A stretch of DNA of 64,000 bases from Desulfocapsa sp. (GTDB lineage: Bacteria; Desulfobacterota; Desulfobulbia; Desulfobulbales; Desulfocapsaceae). Below, piece by piece: positions 56,985 through 64,000 of the stretch. Made by a program: the position numbers and the translations under genes. Position 1 is the first letter of the stretch, and every line of letters begins with the position of its first letter. Below the pieces are notes generated by a model that saw only the letters and a list, made by a program, of their open reading frames with translations, made no database searches and was not told where the DNA came from. Where the stretch lies: positions 35,034 through 99,033 of the forward strand of contig JAFLJS010000069.1 of assembly GCA_022712895.1 (NCBI GenBank), in the 5' to 3' direction.

Positions 56985-59900
56985 ATGCTTTATCGACCAG
57001 AATGTAAACACATACCACAAGCAGGCAAGAAACATTTCGTGGAACAAAAGGGCTGGCAGAGCATAGTCTTACAAGATGCTGTACTACTGATTCAACCTGA
57101 AATTCCGGACTGGATTGTTGTTTCCAAAGAAGCGTCCGCTCTTCTTGATGGAGAGCAGCATGGTACCAAAGATTGGTACATGCGCAAACTCCTGGAAAAT
57201 GCACTGTCAATAGAATCACCCGCAACCTATCAGGGAAGACACTCTGCTCTAAAAATGGGACAGTTAAAAGAATGCTGGTTCCATCTCACCGATAACTGCA
57301 ACCTCAGCTGCCGCCACTGTCTTTTTTCAGCATCTCCAGCAAAAAGCAGAAGCATTACTCCGGAACTACTGTACAAAACCGTCGATGAGGCTCTAACCCT
57401 TGGCTGCAAACTCTTCTCTTTTACTGGTGGCGAACCTTTTCTGTATCCAGATTTTTTGCCATTCTTACAGCGGCTTTTACATCAAAACCCGGACTGCCAT
57501 GCTGCAATCCTCACCAATGGCATGCTGCTTTCACAGTCTGTGGATATTTTAAGAGACATGGACAGACTCCATTTGCAAGTGAGTCTGGATGGCCTTGAGG
57601 TAAGCCACGATCATCTGCGCGGCACAGGCAGTTATGCAAAACTGATGAGTCATCTGCAATCATTACAAAAAGCGAATATCCCATTCACTCTCTCCGTTGC
57701 AATCAGTACAGAAAACATTGCCGATCTCCCCAAACTTATGGAACTTGCATCAACACTGGGAGCTGCAAGCATCCATCTGCTCTATCATTTTATCCGCGGC
57801 AAAGGCAGCAAAGAACAGTTTGTCAACCCATCAGCAATCTACCCCAAATTACGGGAAGCATGGCTGCTGGCAGATACATTAGGCCTACAGATCGATAACA
57901 TCGAGGCCCTGCGCAGCCAGGTTTTCTCAACTCCCGGAACCCGTTATGACCTTTCCAATACAGGCTGGGAATCAGTTGCCATAGGCCCGGACGGCATTGT
58001 CTATCCTTCCCCAGCCCTGGTTGGTCTGGAACAATGCAATTGCGGTAACCTTGATGCAGGTCTTGCCGAAGTCTGGAACAACAGCAGTGTTTTACAGGAA
58101 ATCCGTAAGAGCAGTCTCCTTGATTCACCCGAATATATGGCAAGCCCTCTGAGATTCCTGGTCGGTGGTGGTGATATTGACCACAGTCTGATGCATGGTG
58201 GTAAATGGGTGGGACACGACCCTTACGTGGAAATCTACAATCAAATTGCACTCCAACTCATTGAGGATCAGGCAAGCCTCTATTGCGCAAAGGGACAATC
58301 CATCCACCTGCGCATGGGAGATGTTCGACACGATTGCCTTGAGGAGGGCGAAGAGGGGACAGAGGTCTCACTTACCCACTGCAACTGTTTAATATCGCTG
58401 GCCTCTGATACTGGGCATAGTTCTGTGCGTGAATTTTATGGCCAGGCAGCACTCATTGCCAACAAAGATATCATCAACCCCCTGGCTCCCGCCCAGCAAG
58501 AGGCAGTATTTGTCCCTGATTCAGCCAAAGAACATTCCTATGGCTGCGGTAGTCCGGTCACTGACGGAGCGCCCCAAAAAGGTGAGATCCTAGTGGATCT
58601 TGGTTCAGGCGGTGGAGTGGAATGTTTTATGGCCTCAAAAGCCGTGGGAAAAACAGGAAAAGTTTTCGGCATCGATATGACCGACGAAATGCTACAGCTT
58701 GCCAATAGTGCAAAGACTGAAGTTGCCCTTCGTCTTGGGTATCAAAACGTAGAGTTTAAAAAAGGATTTTTAGAGCAGATCCCACTTGCAGATAATCTTG
58801 CCGATGTTGTTATTTCCAACTGTGTTATCAATCTCAGTCCGGATAAACGTATGACCTATCAGGAGATCCACCGTATCCTGAAACCGGGCGGTAGACTGAT
58901 TGTCTCCGATATCGTCACAGATATTGCCATCCCTACCCAGATCAAAAACAACGTTCGCTACCGAGGTGAATGCCTTGGGGGGGCCATGCAGCAAGAGGAG
59001 CTGGTGGCAATGATGGAAGCCGCAGGATTTGTCTCCATCCACTTTATCAAACGCTTTCCCTACCGCCAGGTAGAGAACATGGATTTCTTTTCCCTCACCT
59101 ATGAAGCAATCAAACCAGCAACCGTGCTTGGAGAGCAGGTGCAGGCAGTATACAGAGGCCCCCACGGAGCTATTTACACCGAATCTGGAACATTATTACC
59201 GAAAGGGCGGGTCGCCACAATCACTGCTCAGGAGGCATCCCTTCTTGATGATTCCGTTTTTCTGTTAGATAAACAAGGAGCTGTCACCAATATTCAGATG
59301 GAAAACTCCTGCTGCGCGCCACAGACAGATATCACGGCCATGGAAACAAGCTGCTGCGAGCCTGCAAACACTTGTTGCGATACACAGGAGAAAAAAACGG
59401 AAGGCTGCATGGTCTGCGGAGCAGAACTCCACTATTTTACAGATATTCGTGAGCTCTCCTGCAGTTATTGTAAGCGGAATTTTCCAGCCAATGGTTGTTG
59501 CACAGCAGGCCATTTTGTCTGCGACAGTTGCCACCAGGAAGATGGACTGGAAGTGACCAAAGCCATCTGCAAATGGATAAGGGAAAAGGATCTTATCACC
59601 CTCCTCAAACTCATCCGTAGCCATCCAGCCATCCCCATGCATGGCCCTGAGCATCATGCCATGATCCCCGGAATCATATTGGCAGCATTTCGAAATTCCG
59701 GAGGAAACATAACAGAAGAAACCATCAACATCGGTATAGATCGGGGAGCACAGATCCCGGGTGGTGCCTGTGGTTTCTGGGGTGCATGCGGTGCCGCAAT
59801 TGGGGCGGGAATTGCCGTTTCCACCATCCTTGCAGCAACTCCCTTAACGCCTTCTGCCAGGCAGACAGCTCAGTCTTTTAGTGCAAAAATATTATCAAAA

Positions 59901-60125
59901 ATTGCAAAGTACAAAGGCGGGCGCTGCTGTCAGCGTGAAACCTGGTTGGCACTCACTGAGACAGCAAGACTATCAGAAGAAGTATTGACCATTCCACTCA
60001 CTGCCAACGATACGCTGGAATGTGCGCAATACTTGAAAAACAAAGAATGCATTCGTAAAGCATGCCCTCTCTGGGACATGCGGGTCAAAAATCTTGAGCC
60101 TGCACTCCAGGCTGTAAGTTTATGA
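56985..60125 (+). CDS. Fusion protein: radical SAM + degenerate SPASM + ArsM-like SAM methyltransferase + Cys-rich DUF5714-like domain
   Basis: CNLSCRHC, FTGGEP, VSLDG; SYGCG.P, DLGSGGG, VISNCVINLSPDK, LKPGGR, GECLGGA; CMVC, CSYC, C..GHFVCDSCH, MHGPEHH, GG.CGFWG.CGAAIG, CCQR, C...CP. Confidence 0.85.
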   Translation: MLYRPECKHIPQAGKKHFVEQKGWQSIVLQDAVLLIQPEIPDWIVVSKEASALLDGEQHGTKDWYMRKLLENALSIESPATYQGRHSALKMGQLKECWFHLTDNCNLSCRHCLFSASPAKSRSITPELLYKTVDEALTLGCKLFSFTGGEPFLYPDFLPFLQRLLHQNPDCHAAILTNGMLLSQSVDILRDMDRLHLQVSLDGLEVSHDHLRGTGSYAKLMSHLQSLQKANIPFTLSVAISTENIADLPKLMELASTLGAASIHLLYHFIRGKGSKEQFVNPSAIYPKLREAWLLADTLGLQIDNIEALRSQVFSTPGTRYDLSNTGWESVAIGPDGIVYPSPALVGLEQCNCGNLDAGLAEVWNNSSVLQEIRKSSLLDSPEYMASPLRFLVGGGDIDHSLMHGGKWVGHDPYVEIYNQIALQLIEDQASLYCAKGQSIHLRMGDVRHDCLEEGEEGTEVSLTHCNCLISLASDTGHSSVREFYGQAALIANKDIINPLAPAQQEAVFVPDSAKEHSYGCGSPVTDGAPQKGEILVDLGSGGGVECFMASKAVGKTGKVFGIDMTDEMLQLANSAKTEVALRLGYQNVEFKKGFLEQIPLADNLADVVISNCVINLSPDKRMTYQEIHRILKPGGRLIVSDIVTDIAIPTQIKNNVRYRGECLGGAMQQEELVAMMEAAGFVSIHFIKRFPYRQVENMDFFSLTYEAIKPATVLGEQVQAVYRGPHGAIYTESGTLLPKGRVATITAQEASLLDDSVFLLDKQGAVTNIQMENSCCAPQTDITAMETSCCEPANTCCDTQEKKTEGCMVCGAELHYFTDIRELSCSYCKRNFPANGCCTAGHFVCDSCHQEDGLEVTKAICKWIREKDLITLLKLIRSHPAIPMHGPEHHAMIPGIILAAFRNSGGNITEETINIGIDRGAQIPGGACGFWGACGAAIGAGIAVSTILAATPLTPSARQTAQSFSAKILSKIAKYKGGRCCQRETWLALTETARLSEEVLTIPLTANDTLECAQYLKNKECIRKACPLWDMRVKNLEPALQAVSL

Positions 60126-61067
60126 TCAATGAATCTTCCATAATCGAAGATTCATATTAGAAAGTGCCTCCTTCCGTTCTTCGGCACTCAATTGATTCGA
60201 TATCATTGGCACGGTAATCTTCATACTGTTGTCCAACATCAGCTTTTTAGTGATGGTTTCATAGCCTGGACGAGTAACAGTAAGTATATGATCACCCGGC
60301 AAAACGTCCACTCCCTCAATGGGACTTGAACCCAGCAGAATCCCATCAAACTCAATCATTGCAGGATCGGCACTGGTGGCGATCCATATTTTAATTTTTC
60401 CAGCATCATTCAGTTTCCCTTTCAACTGTTTTTCAATACCTGGAACTGCCGCAGCAATGGCTTCCTGATAAAGATCAAGCAGCGCATCCTCTCCGATTTC
60501 TATCTGCACACTGGCAGTCTGTCTAAATTTTCGTGACGCCTTCCCTTCCTCAACAGCCATCACCCCACCATTTACAGTGTCCAATGCCTGAAGCATAACC
60601 CGTAAATTTAAGGTGATGAACTCTGCCGTATAGCCTGCCTGGTTGATTTTCTCTTTACTGGTGGATAGTGCCAGCAGACTTCCACGAATCAGGGCATCAC
60701 CCTGTAATGATCGCGCGGCATTGAAAAAAGTGGGGCTGAGTGGCGTGCGCCTCTCACGGGTAGCAAAAAAGGTGTCTGCCACCGGATCAGAACCATCACG
60801 CGGCTGTAAGGATTCGATCTGACGGACGAAATCTCTGCGATCAATCAATATAAATTCTGGAGAACTGAGTAGAGACTGTTGTAAAAAATAAGGCCCCTTT
60901 TCGGTAAATGCTTTTGAGTTCAGCTTTCCTGTGAGGGCCGAATCTACAGTTCCGCCAGTTTCATCAGTAAAATCGAGCATAATAACCCGCACTGGTCGTG
61001 CATTGGCGCTAATGGTCATACAGAGACAAACAAGAGAAGTAAGAAGAAGGTAATTTCGTAATTTCAT
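60126..61067 (-). CDS. Exported CsgG/TolB-N-like protein with C-terminal PEGA domain
   Basis: Signal peptide; F.LIDR.D, D..IRGS; PEGA-like S.DPA.IE.DG...G..P...V..G.H...V...GY. Confidence 0.65.
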   Translation of the reverse strand: MKLRNYLLLTSLVCLCMTISANARPVRVIMLDFTDETGGTVDSALTGKLNSKAFTEKGPYFLQQSLLSSPEFILIDRRDFVRQIESLQPRDGSDPVADTFFATRERRTPLSPTFFNAARSLQGDALIRGSLLALSTSKEKINQAGYTAEFITLNLRVMLQALDTVNGGVMAVEEGKASRKFRQTASVQIEIGEDALLDLYQEAIAAAVPGIEKQLKGKLNDAGKIKIWIATSADPAMIEFDGILLGSSPIEGVDVLPGDHILTVTRPGYETITKKLMLDNSMKITVPMISNQLSAEERKEALSNMNLRLWKIH

Positions 61068-61250
61068 AGAGATCTGCTCCTTTCTGAGAGGATTTATTCT
61101 TCAAAGAGTACTGGCAACAGGGGGGAAAGGCAAATAAAATTCATATCCTGTGGATGCAATTGCCATTCGGAGGGAAAAACGATATGTTAACATATGAAGC
61201 ATACACATCCCCAGATACTCTAACAAGCCGCTACAATAGGAGGTTATCTT

Positions 61251-61868
61251 TTGAAATCAACACTCTACATATCACTTACCGGAGCAGCTATCCTTTCCCT
61301 GTTACTCCCCGGATGTTCCGCATTCCGAACCTCGACAACGGATGTCAGCCCGGAAAACCTCGAACACTACAGGGCCGAATATGACGCCTCTGATATGCGC
61401 AAAATCACCAACTCCGTCGTGAATAAAATCCTGTTCAGCCCCTTTCTCAACCAGCAACCCTCCCCACCGGTAATGACCATTGCAGGAGTGGAAAACAGGA
61501 CCCGTGAGTATGTGGACACAAAAAATCTCACCGATAGGATGCGTACCCAGCTCCTGCAAAGCGGTAAGGTTCAGTTTGTGAATAGTGCAAGGAGGAATGA
61601 CCTCCTCAAGGAACAGGGTTACCAAGCGGCACATGCTGATCCCAATACCATGGCAACACTCGGCCAGCAGATGGGAGCAAAATATATGCTCACCGGATCG
61701 CTCACCCAGATGACTCAAAAAACAGGAAAACAGGTTCGATTGTCCAAGCAAAAACTCAACTATTATAAATTAACCATCGAAATTACAGATCTTACTTCCA
61801 GCCTCATTGTGTGGACAACCGAGGAAGAGTTTGCCCGTCAGGAATCCACTCCTCTTATTGGCTGGTAA
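61251..61868 (+). CDS. lpoB: LpoB-family lipoprotein (PBP activator-like)
   Basis: AGGAGG SD + TTG; lipobox LLPGC; N.T.E.vDT..lt..mr..L..SG.v.Fv; GA.Y.L.G; lvW. Confidence 0.75.
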   Translation: MKSTLYISLTGAAILSLLLPGCSAFRTSTTDVSPENLEHYRAEYDASDMRKITNSVVNKILFSPFLNQQPSPPVMTIAGVENRTREYVDTKNLTDRMRTQLLQSGKVQFVNSARRNDLLKEQGYQAAHADPNTMATLGQQMGAKYMLTGSLTQMTQKTGKQVRLSKQKLNYYKLTIEITDLTSSLIVWTTEEEFARQESTPLIGW

Positions 61869-61876
61869 GACTTTTG

Positions 61877-63082
61877 GTGCTGGCTTACCCATTCCATATT
61901 TTTGTACGCTCAGTTTTTGCTGTTTCTTGCCTGTGCTTACTGGCATCCTGCTCTTCTCGTAATCTACCTGCGGCCCGCCATGCTTTTTACCAAGGCCAAT
62001 ATGAACAATCAAAAGAAGCAATCGGCACAGAGGCCGTTGATGGCAAAGATTCCGTTCTGATCCTGATGGAACGTGGAGCTATTTATCAGGCCGAAGGCAA
62101 GTATGAACAGAGTTCCGTGGATTTTATTCTGGCCGGCGATATCCTGGATCTGTTGCAGACTTATTCCTTATCAGAAGGTGCCGCTTCGTGGGTCACCAAC
62201 GACACAGTATACTCCTTTGAAGGAGCACCTTTTGAGCGGACACTGCTCAACTCTATGACTGCCTTGAATCATCTGGCAATGAACAACTGGGAGGATGGTG
62301 GGGTAGAAGCCAGACGCATTATTCATTCTCTTGCAGATGACCAGCGGGGGGAAGATTACCCGAAAGATGCTTTTTCACGCTATCTTGCAGCTTTTATCCT
62401 GCAACAGACCGGTGATTTCACCAATGCTAAAATGCAGTATCAACTGGCTGATGAATTACGGCCAGATCTGCAAATTGATGAAAAAGGCCTAATACATGAG
62501 GAAGGTGAAAACCTCCCAGAAACACTTCCGAATAGCCGGGAATTGATCTGTTTTTTTCTCATTGGCCGTTCCCCAACCATACGGGAACTACAGGGAGAGT
62601 TCCGAGATTCAATATTCCCGCCACGTATCCAGCTCCATGCTAATGGAGAACTGCTTGGCCATGCGACAATACTCAGCAGCGTACGCAATCTGGCACTGCT
62701 CACCTGGAATATTGAAGCACCAGCGAGAATTGCAAAGATGGCGGCCAGAATTGCAGCTAAAGAGGCCATGGCCAGATCTCTGGAAGAACAGGATGCAGCC
62801 CTTGGAGCACTGGCCCGAATCATTCTCCTCGGCATACTGGAACGACCTGATTTCAGACGCTGGGAAACCCTTCCACGCTGGCTAGGGGTGGCAAGGGTCT
62901 CTTGCCCTGTAGAGCTTTCCTCGTTTGATGTAACCATTCAAAGAGGAGGAAATATTGTTGGCGAAACCATTACCGTGCAGCAGCCTATTGTGCAGCGTGG
63001 GAATATATATTTCTCATTTGTTCGAGATCTTCCGCAATTTAATTCACACAAGAGAGAAAAAGAGATCGACAAACAGTTATAA
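61877..63082 (+). CDS. COG3014-type lipoprotein (usual partner of LpoB-family genes)
   Basis: Lipobox LLASC; YSFEGAPFER...N...ALN.L....E...VEARR; D.R.WETLP. ORF track start is 61811; GTG 61877 is more plausible. Confidence 0.7.
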   Translation: MLAYPFHIFVRSVFAVSCLCLLASCSSRNLPAARHAFYQGQYEQSKEAIGTEAVDGKDSVLILMERGAIYQAEGKYEQSSVDFILAGDILDLLQTYSLSEGAASWVTNDTVYSFEGAPFERTLLNSMTALNHLAMNNWEDGGVEARRIIHSLADDQRGEDYPKDAFSRYLAAFILQQTGDFTNAKMQYQLADELRPDLQIDEKGLIHEEGENLPETLPNSRELICFFLIGRSPTIRELQGEFRDSIFPPRIQLHANGELLGHATILSSVRNLALLTWNIEAPARIAKMAARIAAKEAMARSLEEQDAALGALARIILLGILERPDFRRWETLPRWLGVARVSCPVELSSFDVTIQRGGNIVGETITVQQPIVQRGNIYFSFVRDLPQFNSHKREKEIDKQL

Positions 63083-63137
63083 AATTGTTCATATACTCGC
63101 ATTGATCTGTATGAATTATTTTCAGGAGGAAGATATC

Positions 63138-63251
63138 ATGAGTGAGCACGCACACAAAGCACCCGAAGAAGATCACACTGTCTATATCAAAGTTGGAATC
63201 TTTTTTATCGCTGTTATCGTTGGTCTTTTTGTTATTGGGTTGATCAACTAA
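63138..63251 (+). CDS. 37-aa single-TM small protein
   Basis: AGGAGG SD at 63124-63129; MSEHAHKAPEEDHTVYIKVGIFFIAVIVGLFVIGLIN. Confidence 0.6.
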   Translation: MSEHAHKAPEEDHTVYIKVGIFFIAVIVGLFVIGLIN

Positions 63252-63362
63252 CACCTGTGATGAACAGCAAGCCGATATAGGTACCTTATCAGATTTTTTT
63301 CTTCGAACAAAACGGAAAAATATTCTGTAAGATACTGAAACATCTGGTCAAGACACTTTTTG

Positions 63363-63396
63363 AAAACCGTCGAAGCAAATGCTTCCGACGGTTTTT
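63363..63396 (+). terminator. Rho-independent terminator-like hairpin
   Basis: AAAACCGTCG / CGACGGTTTTT. Confidence 0.6.
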
Positions 63397-63417
63397 GCGT
63401 TTGGGGATACAAAAATA

Positions 63418-64000
63418 ATGGCAAAAAAGAAATTCTACGCAATCGCCAAGGGCAGAAAACCGGGAATATACTGTGACTGGCCCACAGCAGAAGCTCAGGT
63501 AAAAGGATTCGGAGGAGCCAGATTTAAAGGATTTCTCAGCCGTGCTCAGGCAGAAGCATGGATGGATAATCCCGGTACACCAGCCACAAGAACGAAAACA
63601 TCCGTGATAAACACGGCTAAAGAATACAAGAAACCAACACTTAGCGATAATTGCATCGAAATTTATACTGATGGTGGAGCAATTGGCAATCCAGGTCCCG
63701 GCGGCTATGGCGTGGTGATTGTGAAAGATGGTGATGAAAAAGAACTGCATGGCGGCTACACCCACACCACCAATAATCGCATGGAGCTGATGGCCTGCAT
63801 CAAAGGAATTGCAGCCATTGCACAAACAGACAGACCGGTTGCCTTATTCTCAGATTCCAGCTATGTGGTTAATGGAATCAGTAAAGGCTGGGCAAAGGGA
63901 TGGCGCAAACGGGGCTGGAAAAAATCTGATGGAAACCTTGCCATAAACCCTGACCTCTGGGAACAACTCCTTGATCTGACGAATGGTATGGAAATTAGTT
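63418..64000 (+). CDS. rnhA: Ribonuclease HI with N-terminal hybrid-binding (Cauli_VI) domain; runs off the window
   Basis: KKKFYAIAKGRKPGIY..W..A..QV.GF.GA.FKGF; IYTDGG..GNPGPGG, TTNNRMEL, SDS.YV.NG, W...GW, N.DLW. Confidence 0.95.
   Translation, partial: MAKKKFYAIAKGRKPGIYCDWPTAEAQVKGFGGARFKGFLSRAQAEAWMDNPGTPATRTKTSVINTAKEYKKPTLSDNCIEIYTDGGAIGNPGPGGYGVVIVKDGDEKELHGGYTHTTNNRMELMACIKGIAAIAQTDRPVALFSDSSYVVNGISKGWAKGWRKRGWKKSDGNLAINPDLWEQLLDLTNGMEIS

Overview
A 64 kb window from an AT-rich anaerobic deltaproteobacterium. Desulfobacterota (probably Desulfobulbales) is inferred from gene content, not from a search. Positions 1-9.3 kb form an accessory/defence island. It carries the tail of an HsdR-N-type restriction protein, decayed repressor and AP2 fragments, secreted and membrane TPR proteins, an anti-phage P-loop+dCTP deaminase with a small overlapping ORF, an IetA/IetS AAA-ATPase/S8-peptidase pair, and a shattered large serine recombinase at the right edge. 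The island's modules are separated by two families of short REP-like motifs (GGGGTCTGRCCCC and TTCCWGGGACAGTATA-like), which suggests a cassette-type gene-capture array. A 13-bp inverted repeat brackets the probable ietAS promoter. The rest is mostly housekeeping and signalling: an SDR, rhodanese/TDT channel/flavodoxin/TetR, two LysE genes, a diguanylate cyclase, a hybrid histidine kinase, MarR-RND efflux, an IS3 remnant, hemW-radC-gatB, split rdgC-like genes, four tRNAs, an HMA/beta-barrel/NHL metal cluster, nadB, parS-parA-parB, a NifA-like activator, queH, rdgB, an adenylate cyclase, radA, lpoB and rnhA. A 1046-aa radical SAM + ArsM-like methyltransferase + DUF5714-like fusion with a cysteine-less SPASM region is the second strongest candidate for uncharacterised biology. 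All family assignments come from motif recognition by eye; no database search was run.
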